This document shows positions 1-12,429 of a stretch of DNA of 64,000 bases, piece after piece; within the stretch, counting starts at the first letter, position 1, and the number at the start of each line of letters is the position of its first letter. The translations under genes were made by a program, and so were the position numbers. The notes under the pieces were generated by a model. The model made no database searches, was not told the origin of the DNA, and was given only the letters and a program-made list of their open reading frames with translations. The DNA comes from Octopus sinensis (taxonomy: Eukaryota). The DNA is taken from assembly GCF_006345805.1 (NCBI RefSeq), contig NC_043003.1, positions 104,718,001-104,782,000 on the forward strand. The letters run 5' to 3'.

Positions 1-244
1 GTAAAAGAGAGATATGAATTTATAAATGCACGCACGCACGCACACACACACCACACACACACACACACACACGCACACACACACACACACACACACACCC
101 ATCTGTTGCTTATTCAGTAAGCATGAAACTGGCAGCTTCCAAAAGAATCCACTACTGCTAATAACAATTGTATCATTTGCATAATTCAGGAATCTCCTTT
201 CACTGCGCTTCTATTTAGTATTTAATAAATTGAATGTTCCTCAT

Positions 245-275
<31 letters not shown>

Positions 276-1090
276 AATGCAGATCTAAAATTGTTTAACA
301 TTAGTTATTATGAGTTGTGGTTGACGAATTAATGCTTGACTTGTTTGCTCACGTGTGTGTGTGTGTTTTATTTGCTTCAGTGGCACAAGATCATGCTTAT
401 TTATAGTAGTAAGAACATCAGATTTTGTGACAGCTATGGAATTCCTGAAGGGCATTTAAAATGAATGGGCTTTTGACCCCCTTTTTTTTTTGGTGGTGGT
501 GGTGGTGGTTGTGGGGTTATGAGTGAGGAAGGGTTCACCAAGGGTGTGCTACTCAGCACTGGGTAGCCTATAAATGCTACTGAGTTGCAGATATAACTCC
601 CTCCACTCCTTATCAAATATCGCCTCCCACCTTTCTTATATATTCTTTCTCTTGTCCCAGAGATACAGGCTTCAAGATTTTTATTTTATTTTATTTTCTC
701 ACATTAACTCCAGAATTATCGAATATAAATGGACGACTCCTCTGGCACGTAAAAAGCACCCACTACACTCACGGAGTGGTTGGCGTTTGGAAGGGCATTC
801 AGCTGTAGAAACACTGCCAGATCAAATTGGAGCCTGGTGCAGCCTCCTGGCTTCCTAGACCCTGGTCGAACCGTCCAACCTGTGCTAGCACGGAAAACAG
901 ACATTAAACGATGATGATATAAAAATACAACAGATTTCGGTATAGTTTTTATCTGCCCTGGGCTATAGGAGAATCCACATGCTCAAAGTACCGCATGGTG
1001 GAATCAAACTGAAATCCACCTGGCTGCGAAGCAAGCTTCTTAGTCGCAAAGCCGAGCCTTTCCCGAAATTGTTCTTTAAATTTACAGTTT

Positions 1091-1463
1091 ATACTCTTTT
1101 ACTTGTATCAGTCATTTGACTGCAACTATGCTGGAACATTGACTTAACGGGTTTTAGTTGAAGAAATTGACCCCAGGACTTATTCTTTGTAAGCCTAGTA
1201 CTTATTCTATTGGTCTCTTTTCCTGAACCGCTAAATTACGGGGACATAAACACACCAACATCGGATGTCAGGCGATGGTGGGAGGACAGACAGACAGACA
1301 CACACACACAAATTTATGTATGTATGTATGTATGTTTTAGTTGCCAATTTTGTACAAGACATTGTAGATCTTTGGCTGGGCTAAAAAGTCACATTCGATC
1401 ACAGCACCAGTAACAGTTAAGCTTCATGCAATGGCCATACTCGATAACGAGGGGTTAGCCATA

Positions 1464-1500
<37 letters not shown>

Positions 1501-1646
1501 ACTGGCTTCTTTCAGTTTCCTTCTACCAAATCCACTCACAAAGCTGCAGTAGAAGACACTTGTGTAAGGTGCTACACAGTAGGACCGAACCTCGTAACCA
1601 TGTGGCAGGGAAGGAAGTTTCTTACCACACAGCCATGCCTGTGCCT
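1091..1646 (-). mobile_element. SINE family B with nested RTE end
   Basis: Matches the reverse complement of 3903-4286. Confidence 0.8.
1335..1463 (+). mobile_element. Extreme 3' end of an RTE-1/BovB-like LINE (terminal C2H2 finger) inserted in a SINE microsatellite
   Basis: CQFCTRHCRSLAGLKSHIRSQHQ* followed by a short UTR. Interrupts the SINE at 1091-1646. Confidence 0.6.
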
Positions 1647-1678
1647 ATAAAGGCAGTTCAAAATAGTTTTATAAATTA

Positions 1679-2044
1679 CTAGCACTATGACCTGGCATTG
1701 CTGGGTCATAGTGCTAGTGTATGCATATACATCTGTGTGCATGCGCACATACACGCGAGTACTGTCCAAATCTCCGACCAATCACATACAGCTAGCTGGC
1801 ATTCAATTGGCGTATCAAGTTTCAGGCATTTTGATTGGGTTTTGAATAGAAAATTCACAAAAAAGTCACTTCCATTGATTTTTTTTAATGGCTTTGCGGG
1901 GTGACTGGGGAAATGTAAAGATGTGCACGACCACCCTTGGACGGTTTTGAATGACCATAGAAAGTGTGAGCCCTCTAACTGAAAAATTGTGGATTTGTAT
2001 AAAGGACACACAAACAGACATTTTGTCGTTTATATATAGAGAGA
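1679..2044 (-). mobile_element. Non-autonomous Helitron
   Basis: Minus strand starts TCTCTCTATATATAAAC and ends in hairpin + CTAG, with A|T flanks. Confidence 0.75.
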
Positions 2045-2655
2045 TAATTGCCATTTAAAGTTCTCGAGCAGCGAGAATTGAAAACTATGACCAGCAAAAT
2101 ATCTATCTCTGTATGTAGGGTACACACACACACCACACACACATGATCTCTAATGGCGAAACCTTTAAGTCTAGTGTTAATAGATTAATGAACGAATAAT
2201 TGGTTTTTAAATATTTTTGAGTAATCTGTTGTAAGGCTAGATTACATTGCTTGTCCTGCCGGCCATATATATTTGTTCACTGACAGTTGGAACATGTAAT
2301 TCAACTTTATATCGGGACCGGTTAGTTTTGAATTTCGGCTGTCTATTTCCCCAATCACCGCAATTTTACCCTTTTGTTAAATTGATTTATAGAAACCTTC
2401 TGTGCCCTCCTCCCAACTATATTATAACAAACCAGCAAACACTTCTTTCAGCTCCTGTATTTGCTTTAAAAACAGTCGGTTATACATCTGAACATGAATA
2501 ATTCATAGAGACTCGAGAATCCGTGAGAGGGTCGTAAAAGATTTTGCCGATTGAATCAATCAATCTTACATCTTGATGCCGCATACAAAGACAGTACACA
2601 CACACTCACACAGATGGATTCACATTTTCAGTGTATAAATGTACGTGTGTGTGTG

Positions 2656-3239
<584 letters not shown>

Positions 3240-3240
<1 letters not shown>

Positions 3241-3600
3241 AAATAAGGATAAGATCGTTAATTTAAAAATAAAATAACGATTTTATCAAGTGGTCAGCAT
3301 GGAAAAAATAACCTTCAAAGGTAATAATTATTAAAATTATAAATTAGGGTATCTATGAGATACCACCATGCTGAAAATAGCAGCCATGATCTGACTCTAA
3401 AACCATCTTAATTGTCCATATATCAACACGGAGAGAAAACAAAGAGACAAGATGAAGCTAGTAAAAAATTACTGGATAATTCTAGATCCCGGATTTCTGA
3501 CTTTGCATTTAGGAATGGTCTGCCTCGTCAGTAGAATACAAACAGAAGAGAAGCATAAATACATATATATTTAAATACAACATACGAATACTTACATATA
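3240..3600 (-). repeat. Probable Penelope pseudo-LTR-type repeat (second copy about 41772-41950)
   Basis: Shared ggtaataattatt...agggtatct...accaccatgct...atagcagcca...tgactctaaaacca. Contains the 3479-3537 hammerhead motif. Confidence 0.5.
3479..3537 (-). ncRNA. Type I minimal hammerhead ribozyme-like motif
   Basis: Minus strand ATTCTA-CTGACGA-GGC...GTC-A-GAAA-TCCGGGA-TC-TAGAAT: perfect 6-bp stem I, CUGANGA and GAAA cores, quasi-palindromic stem III, AUC cleavage triplet. Stem II is weak. Confidence 0.65.
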
Positions 3601-3615
3601 CAAACGTATACCTAA

Positions 3616-3818
3616 GGCAGTGAGCTGGCAGAATCGTTAGCACGCCGGGCGAAATGCGTAGCCGTATTTCGTCTGCCATTACGTTCTGAGGTCAACTTTG
3701 CCTTTCATCCTTTAGGGTCGATAAATTAAGTACCAGTTACACACTGGGGTCGATGTAATCGACTTAATCCCTTTATTTGTCCCCTCTATGTTTAGCCCCT
3801 TGTGGGCAATAAAGAAAT
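3616..3818 (+). mobile_element. tRNA-derived SINE family C (Tx1-like tail)
   Basis: Head gagctggcagaa.cgttagc, central gcctttcatcctttcggggtcgataaa.taagtaccag (Meta/MESC-like domain, from memory), tail ...aataaagaaat. Confidence 0.85.
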
Positions 3819-3858
3819 ATATATGCATCATGGCCAGTTCAAAATGCCCGCCGTTAAA

Positions 3859-3899
<41 letters not shown>

Positions 3900-3902
3900 A
3901 TA

Positions 3903-4286
3903 GGCGCAGGAGTGGCTGTGTGGTAAGTAGCTTGCTAACCAACCACATGGTTCCGGATTCAGTCCCACTGCGTGGCACCTTGGGCAAGTGTCTTCTGCTA
4001 TAGCCTTGGGCTGACCAAAGCCTTGTGAGTGGATTTGGTAGACGGAAACTGAAAGAAGCCTGTCGTATATGTGTGTGTATATGTTTGTGTGTCTGTGTTT
4101 GTCCCTCTAGCATTGCTTGACAACCAATGTTGGTGTGTTAGCATCCCTGTAACTTAGCGGTTCAGCAAAAGAGACCGATAGAATTAAGTACTGGGCTTAC
4201 AAAGAATAAGTCCTGGGGTCGATTTGTTCAACTAAAGGTAGTGCTCCAGCATGGCTGCAGTCAAATGACTGAAACAAGAAAAGAAT
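3903..4286 (+). mobile_element. tRNA-derived SINE family B, full length
   Basis: A box TGGCTGTGTGG, B box GTTCAGTCCC, CORE-like ccttgggcaagt, internal (TA/TG)n, tail ...gactgaaacaag(taaaagag). Confidence 0.88.
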
Positions 4287-4349
4287 AATGTCCAACCCAT
4301 GCTAGCAGGGAAAGCGGACGTTAAACGATGATGATGATAATATATACGA

Positions 4350-4590
4350 TCTCTATAACTGGTTGAAGTCCTATATTATCGGCCAAAAAGAGGTTGTCAC
4401 AGTTCTAGGACAGCACTCTTCACCCTTTGAGATGACATCTGGTGTACCACAGGGATCTGTTCTTGGCCCCCTTTTATTTGTTGCATATGTTAATGACATA
4501 GATGCCAACGTAAAGAATCCCACAGTGCTGAAATATGCAGATGACATCAAGCTGTACCTCGAAATAAAGAGGTCAGATCCTGTACACTAT
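4350..4590 (+). mobile_element. CR1/L2/jockey-group LINE RT fragment
   Basis: WLKSY...TSGVPQGSVLGPLLFVAYVNDI...KYADDIKLY. Confidence 0.85.
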
Positions 4591-4596
4591 TTGGCA

Positions 4597-5240
4597 TTTC
4601 AAAATTTTAAACCACCCCCCAACTCACCCCCTTCCCCAATTTTTCACTTGTTTTTAGAAATTTCTTTTGTCAAAATACGTAGAAAAATACAGAAATTATG
4701 ATTCTGAAAAAAATTTTTGTAAAATTTCAATTTTCCAAAAATAAATAAACACCCTTCCCCTCTGCTGGCACATCTGTGACAAAAAGTGAACATGTGGTTG
4801 AGGGTCTTATCGAATTAAGTGAGGTATGTAAAAATTAGTTTGTTTGTACACACACACAATAAAATGACATTTAAAAAAAATTTTTTTTGTATTTAGAAAG
4901 TGGATCTTCCGTTTGGCTGTTATTTCTAGCTTGTCGGACTCTCTGGCTGGAGTGTACTTAAAAACGGAAGATTTTGAAAACCCCAAAAACTCATTTTCAA
5001 AAGTTTAATTTTCCCCCTTTAGCTGCTGTTTCTAGCATGTCAAATTTTCTGTTTATGTCTGCTATTTTAGTAGGAGGGGAGGGTGTTTATTTATTTTTTT
5101 TTTTTCTGAAAAATTGAAATTTTACAAAATTTGCTTTTCAGAATCATAATCTCTGTATTTTTCTATGTATTTCGCCAAAAATATTTCTAAGTAAAGGACG
5201 CGGCGGGGGCGGGGGGGGGGGGGGGAAATACATTTTGAAA
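4597..5240. repeat. Inverted repeat, about 165-bp arms around an about 310-bp spacer
   Basis: 4597-4763 versus reverse complement of 5072-5240 (tagaaaaatacaga.attatgattctgaaaa...ttttgtaaaatttcaatttt). Confidence 0.75.
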
Positions 5241-5520
5241 CAACAATCTTTTTGCAGATTCAGAATTTCTGCAGTCAAAAAAGTGGTTTTCTGTAGGAAA
5301 AAAAACTGAAAGGGAGTACGGTCCATGTCCTTTACATCTGCCCCAAAACACTAGCCCTAACCCTAAACACTGGGTGTACATATTCTTTACTTTCGCCCAC
5401 AAGGCTTTGGTCAGCCCAAGCTTATAGTAGAAGACAGTTGCCCAAGGGGCCACGCAGTGAGACTGAACCCAGAACCATGTGGTTGGGAAGCAAGCTTCTT
5501 ACCCCACACTGCCACTCCTG

Positions 5521-5582
<62 letters not shown>

Positions 5583-6058
5583 AAACAATTATGAACTTTT
5601 TTATTACACTTAACTTTTTAAAATATTTTTGATAAGGTTCGTTTTTTTCAAGAAGAACCGAAACGTAAAATTTCTAAGAAAATTAAAATTTATCTTATAT
5701 AGTGGCGTTTTCAAACTTCTTGGACGAAAGACCAAGATCTCTGGTGATATGCTGTGACTGCGAAGACCTGACAAATAATGTGAGTTCATGGCTGCTTCCT
5801 GCACCAGTTTCGCATAGCCCCAGCCCATCCAAAGTACCTTGGATTGCAGAACGACCTGCTGTGCTTACCTTGGATCGTAGGGTGACCTGCTGTGCTTGAG
5901 GAGACCTATTGAGTCAAGTACATCAATATCAAAATAAATACCAAATGGAAATTGTAGTTATGATACCTGTGCCAGTGGCACGTAAAAAGCACCATCCGAA
6001 CGTGGCCGATGCCAGCACCGCCCTGACTGGCCTCTGTGTCGGTGGCATGTAAAAAGTT

Positions 6059-6857
6059 GGATCTTTTCAGTTTGAACGGCAGTTTTTAACATAACTTCTA
6101 GGTAACTAAAAAATTTTAAACTTCATATACTGGTAGTATGTGTTTATAAAACATCTTTTTCTCTTGGCTTTATTGAGAAAATTCTGTAGTTTGTAACATG
6201 TTTCGTCTTTAATTTCTTGCATTTCGGCAATTTCAACCAATCACTGGCGTCTATTGAGTTAAAAAGCATTCTGTGCCGTATGAATATGTCCCTCGTTTAA
6301 GAAACAGATTGGTTTTATTTACATTTGTGAAGAAAAAAAGATACCCTTCCCCCACTCCTAACCATAACCCTAACTTACTCTAAATCTAAAAATAGATTGA
6401 AATGCAATAGATCGATTCTAGGGTCATAATTATGGGTGACAATTTCATATGACACCGCTAGAAAAAGGCAGTTTTTTCTAGCGGTGTCATATGAAATTGT
6501 CACCCATAATTATGACCCTAGTATAGATCTATTGCATTTCAATCTATTTTAGATTTAGGGGTGGGGGTAGGGTATCTTTCTTTCTTCACAAATGTAAATA
6601 AAACCAATCTGTTTCTTAAACAAGGGACATATTCATACAGCACAGAATGCTTTCACCTCAATAGACGGTCATTGATTGGTTGAAATTGCCGAAATGCAAG
6701 ATAATAAAGACGAAACATGTTACAAACTACAGAATTTTCTCAAGAAAGCCAAGAGAAAATGATGTTTTATAAACACATTCTACCAGTATACGAAGTTTAA
6801 CATTTTTTAGTTACCTAGAAATTATGTTAAAAACTGCCGTTCAAACCGAAAAGATCC
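6059..6857. mobile_element. Foldback (inverted dimer) of the same Merlin-like MITE, inserted in an RTE 3'UTR fragment
   Basis: Two about 400-bp arms in inverted orientation, axis near 6467-6470. Outer TIRs intact, inner TIRs mostly deleted. Confidence 0.85.
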
Positions 6858-7083
6858 AAAGCACCAACCGATCGTGGCCGCTGCTAGCTTCCCCTGGCAC
6901 CTGTGCCGGTGGCACATAAAAAACACCCACTACACTCATGGAGTGGTTGGCGTTAGGAAGGGCATCCAGCTGCAGAAACACTGCCAGATCAGGCTGGAGC
7001 CTGGTGTAACCTCCTGGCTTCCCAGACCCCGGTTGAACCATCCAACCCATGCTAGCATGGAAAACGGACGTTAAACGATGATG

Positions 7084-7123
<40 letters not shown>

Positions 7124-7130
<7 letters not shown>

Positions 7131-7417
7131 ATCACGTGACCGACCAGACCATCAGATGTTGTTACACATCGCTGGTCACAATGCGCTTCACATTGTTTTA
7201 GCCTTCGAATGACGCCACCCCGCTGGCTAAGTGAGCAGGCCAACAGAAGAAAGAGTGGTGAAAGAGTACAGCAGGGATCACCACCCCCTGCCGGAGCCTC
7301 GTGGAGCTTTTTTAGGTGTTTTCGCTCAATAAGCACACACAACGCCCTGTCTGGAAATCGAAACCGCGCTCCTACAACCGCGAGTCCGCTGCCCTAACCG
7401 CTGGGCCATTGCGCCTC

Positions 7418-7418
<1 letters not shown>
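7124..7418 (-). mobile_element. tRNA-derived SINE family D, tail type 1
   Basis: Head GGAGGCGCAATGGCCCAG.GGTTAGGGCAGCGGACTCGCGG with B box GTTTCGATT. Ends tcacgtgatcacgtga. Inserted in (TA)n. Confidence 0.88.
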
Positions 7419-7486
<68 letters not shown>

Positions 7487-8362
7487 TATTAACAAATATC
7501 TATTTTAAAGTGTGAAGATTTTCATTATTACCATTAATTTATTTTAAAAATTCATCTAATTACAGCCTTCATATTTCTTCCAATCATTCACATGCATTAA
7601 AATTACTATTGTGTTCCTTCATTTCTCTATAAAAAAGAAAACCTTTAATATTTGTTTTTCCTTTGTTTGCACCAAGAATCTATTAAGAAACAATATTTTA
7701 AATATTTTTGCACAAGCGCACGCTTGATGTTTAGTTAGGGCTGTTTTAATTATTCTTTCGGTGTTTGATATTTGGTGTTTCAGCGAAGCAGTTCAATGTC
7801 AACGGGAATCTGGGAACCCCCAACCCTTTTTTTTTCTTCTGTAATATTTCTAATTGTGTACATGATGACATTTTGTTTACTTGACCCCTGCCTTGTGGCA
7901 TATTTGTGCTCAAAATAATTGAAATACTTGTTTTCTTTTTGTCATCAAATAGATTGCCACCACTAGACATGATGACAATTAATTATGTATTAATGTCCTT
8001 GTGCGCATGTTAAAATTGTTTTCTAATGTAAGGTCAGGGGCCTCAGGGTCCTCGTTGCTTATAAGTGATGTGAATTGGGGAATTAGGTGATGTTCAGTCT
8101 CTTGGCTCAGGCACCTAGATTGAGGGCTTGATTGGAGTTGTACGGGAAGTAATGAACATCACAGATTCTATTACCTTTATTTGAAATGATAATGATGGTC
8201 ACTCTACCTGAAATACAGCCCTTTGTTAAATAGGTTGAGGAAGAGACAGACAAAAAAAGAAAGAAATTTCTCCAGACCTTTCTTATAATATATTCAAAAT
8301 ATTTTTTCTTCTCTTAATTAAAATTCCAACCTTAAGCTCTTCATTTAATTATCGCATATGTT

Positions 8363-8920
8363 CTTCTTCTTCTTCTTACAGCATTCACCCAGGGTGGGTT
8401 GAGCTGGTTTCATTTATCAGGGTCAGGTCATTTTGAGTGCTACTGGTAACATGTAACCCAGAACCTGTTGCATGGTCGGGCCGTCAGCGACTAAACCGGC
8501 AACCCCACCAAGCTTGCTTGGTGAGGAGAGTGTTTATTGGACACCCTGCAGGATGAAAAACAAATCCCGTCAAAGGGCAGAGGAACTCTTGAGAGTCAAC
8601 GGCCATCCAATAAATGTGTAATCATATATCACCTCATCGCGGTAAGGGGATGAAACGGGAGTGTCAGAGCTATGCCGTCGGAGACTTCGGTTTCTGGTAG
8701 GGCCACCCATGGTGGATTGTTCTGACACCCAGCGGTATCAGGGCCACACCCTGGTGAACAGAAGCGTCTGATCCGGCAACCGGCAGCTTCAACCCGTCCT
8801 GTCCCTGCATCTGTGGAAAATCTACGGCAAACAAGACGTTCTCCCAACAGGGATATACTTCCGGCTGGGGACTGCTAGCAAACTTCTTATTCCCAAGATC
8901 CTTCAAATATTCCTCATGTA
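8363..8920 (-). mobile_element. Unclassified GC-rich retroposed insertion with 13-bp TSD and (GAA)n tail
   Basis: TATCGCATATGTT at 8350-8362 and 8921-8933. (TTC)n at the left edge. Confidence 0.7.
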
Positions 8921-9846
8921 TATCGCATATGTTGTTACTTTTTCATTTCTTAAATACTAAAAACAAAAATGTCGGTGATTATAATTAGGTTTCAGACACA
9001 TAAGTCCTGCTTTCTCCAGAATTGTCGCCAAAAGCCAATACAAAAAGCAACAAAAAAATAAATAATATTTTTTTACTTTTTAATTGTAACAGCTTGAAGA
9101 GTTTTCAATATTTTTTATAACATTCAGTGACTATTAAACCACTTTCTTTTTACTATTGAACCAGCTGTGACCATATAACTTCCTTGGTGTCCCTATTGTC
9201 CTTGAGCAGAGCATGAGTCTTATTTACCTCAAGTTAGTAAATATCAAACTTACCAAATATTCTCTTTACTTTAAGCTCTCAGTACTTTTTGGTTATCTCA
9301 CTCCCATTAAAAAAAGTTGTGTTATCTCCCATAACTAAAAAAATTGTTTAACCCTCAATAAAACAAAAGAAAAAAAGAAAAAATTAAAAAAGCATGAAAA
9401 GTGAAAAGATTAAACATCTTATTGAATCTGATAATATTTTTATAACAAATCATATCCTGCCTATTGAGGAGGCTAAATGTCAACAATGTGTTGAAGTATA
9501 GAGCAGAAGACACTTGGCCAAAGTGCCACATGGTGGGACTGAACCTGCAGCCATGTGGTTGGCAAGCAAACTTCTTACCACACAGTCATGCCGACACTGA
9601 TATATATATGTGTGTGTGTGTATGTAAGTATATATTGACGTGTGTGTATATATATATATGTGTGTGTGTGTGTGTATATATGTGTGTGTGTGTGTGCATG
9701 TGTATGTAAGTATATATAGATGTGTGTGTGTATGTAAGTATATATAGACGTGTGTGTGTGTGTGTGTCTGTAAAACCACATGTGAATCGTTGACAATTTT
9801 TTTTTTCCTCCATCTTCCTTTTCTATTGGACTTTCCTCTGTCTCCT

Positions 9847-9881
9847 GTTTCTGAAGAAGAGCTTTGCTCGAAACATCAGAC
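9847..9881 (+). ncRNA. Minimal hammerhead ribozyme-like motif
   Basis: GTTT-CTGAAGA-AGAGC-TTT-GCTC-GAAAC-ATC-AGAC. Confidence 0.55.
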
Positions 9882-10439
9882 CACTTTTCTTTCCTTCCTT
9901 GACCTACTCTTCTTTTCCTTTATCCACCACCAACTGAGATTCACCTCTATCCCTATCTCAAATCATCTCTCACACACTTTTCATACTATTATGAACCTAC
10001 CTATCCACCCATCCTCTGTCCCTATTCTCTCTGGTGTAACTTGACACCTCCTCTTTCCAGCCATGTATCTCCCCTACAGCAAGACACCTGTTCCTGTCTC
10101 TCTATTGTATTTCAACCTCTCATCAGCTGTCATAAAGCCACCTCTCTCAATGCTATACATCCGCTCAGTTTAAAGCACCAATGGGTGACATAGACGAAAC
10201 AACTTGAGTTAGATTCAAACTTGGCAAACATAATTTAGAAAAAAGTAAGGATGTTTGAGCTAGTCTGGGATCAAATAAAAGTTGTGTTTATCTTGGTCAG
10301 TTTGATTTCAGCTGGGTGATTTACCTACCATCAAAAGTCATTGGCCAAAATTTTAAAGTCACTGTCAATAATATTCTTGTTTAAGAATAATATACATACA
10401 TATGTGTATGTAAATTGTAATTGAGCCAATCCTATGACT

Positions 10440-10988
10440 GGTACCCAGCAGTTACCAGTGCCGCTGGACTGACTCCTGTGCAGGTGGCAAGTAAAGAAAC
10501 ACCTTGTGCTTGAGGAGACCTATTGAGTCAAGTACATCAACATCAAAAATCAATGGAAATTGTAGTTGTGATACCTGTGCTGGTGGCACATAAAAAGCAC
10601 CATCCGAACGTGGATGATGCCAGTGCCGCCTTGATTAGCTTCTGTGCCGGTGGCACGTAAAAAGCACCAACCGATCGTGGCCATTGCCAGCCTCCCCTGG
10701 CATGTAAAAAGCACCATCCATACGTGGTCGATGCCAGCGCCACCTTGACTGGCTTCCGATCATGGCCATTGCCAGCCTCCCCTGGCACCTGTGCTGGTGG
10801 CACATAAAAAGCACCCACTACACTCATGGAGTGGTTGGCATTAGGAAGGGCATCCAGCTGTAGAAACACTGCCAGATCAGACTGGAGCCTGGCGCAACCG
10901 TCTGGCTTCCCAGATCCTGGTCGAACTGTCCAACCCATGCTAGCATGGAAAACGGACGTTAAGCGATGATGATGATGATGATGATGAT
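10440..10988 (+). mobile_element. 5'-truncated RTE copy (3'UTR only)
   Basis: Homologous to the reverse complement of 17982-18450. Other copies: 741-918, 4290-4338, 5860-7085 (split by MITE), 58876-59188, 60601-60658 (+); 24472-24688, 32533-33005, 33462-33620, 42265-42660, 46138-46335, 51151-51520, 63855-64000 (-). Confidence 0.88.
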
Positions 10989-11878
10989 ATGTGTATACAT
11001 ATGTATGTAAATTTATACTTACATTACACTGATGGACAACTGGACTTTATTATATTTCCCTCTTAAACATCCATAGTACATAACTATTATATACAACACA
11101 TCATTTGTAAATTTCTACAATATCTTTGATACAGTTTATTGTTTTATTATGGAAGCCTAACATTGTGGAATCTCATGTTTTTAACTGATAATAATTTGTT
11201 CCTTGAGATTAAAAAAAAATGGAATGTTTTTTTTTTTCCTCGTTATATACACTCATTAAGTAAGTGTCTAATTGTATGTATTTTTTAAAACTATATGCGT
11301 TTCAGTTTTATCTATACTCACATGTAGATTCCGATGTCAGAATATTGTCTACATGTAACAGTTACTTATTGACTTTATTAAATAGTGGAACGAGAATAAA
11401 CTTTGAACTAATAATTTGAGTTAAAATAAAATAGAAACCAAATGCAGCAGAATGGAGAGTAAATTAGTGACTGGCTTATGACAACTAATATTGCATTCTT
11501 TTGTTCTTAGCATGTTGTCAAATTAAACACTATTATTTTATGTTACTTTAAATTCACAATGAGGTCAACTTTGCCTTTCATCCTTTTGGAATAAGTATCA
11601 GTTGAGTACTGGGGTCAATATAATAAACTTATCCCCTCCTCCAAGACTTCAGGTTTTGTGCCTACAGCAGAAGGGATTATTCTATATGTTACTAAATATG
11701 AAGGGGTTAGTTACTGTGAGGAGTGGATAAACTGATGGGTTCTTTGGTGTGGTAAAGTAAAAAGTCTTTGGAAAACTTGGTAAATATGTGAGTGCAATGA
11801 AGCTTATGTGCTACGACTAGACAAGAATCCAGCTATTTGGAACAAAGCTTTGTCTTAGTAGTGCTGACTATAAATATT

Positions 11879-12289
11879 GGATCTTTTCGGTTTGAACGGC
11901 AGTTTTTTCTAGCGGTGTCATATGAAATTGTCACCCATAATTATGACCCTAGTATCGATCTATTGCATTTCAATCTGTTTTAGGGTTAGGAGTGGGGGGA
12001 AGGGTATCTTTTTTTTTTCTTCACAAATGTAAATAAACACAATCTGTTTCTTAAACGAGGGACATATTCATACGGCACAGAATGTTTTTTACTTCAATAG
12101 ACATCAGTGATTGGCTGAAATTGCAGAAATTGAAGAAAAAAAAACAAATATTTTACAAACTATAGAATTTTCTCAATAAAGCCAAGCGAAAAAGATGTTT
12201 TATAAACACATTCTACCAGTATACGAAGTTTTAAATTTTTTAGTTACCTAGAAATTATGTTAAAAACTGCCGTTCAAACCGAAAGATCC
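11879..12289. mobile_element. MITE with about 28-bp TIRs and 8-bp TSD, Merlin/IS1016-like
   Basis: TIR GGATCTTTTCGGTTTGAACGGCAGTTTT and its complement at the right end. TSD TAAATATT at 11871-11878 and 12290-12297. GG termini with an 8-bp TSD fit Merlin better than hAT. Confidence 0.8.
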
Positions 12290-12429
12290 TAAATATTTTT
12301 AGTAGGAATGAAATAACCAAGCTAAGATGGTATGAGTAGAAATATAATAACCAATAATAATTTACTGTGAGAAATGTTGAGTAAATGTAGTAGATAGCAT
12401 TCTTTATTGGATATGCAATGTAAGTCTGC

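Noticed and set aside
1335-1413. Host C2H2 zinc-finger exon (preceded by ttttag)
   Set aside because: Single finger of the kind that ends RTE ORFs, sitting inside a SINE microsatellite, with no linker or neighbouring fingers
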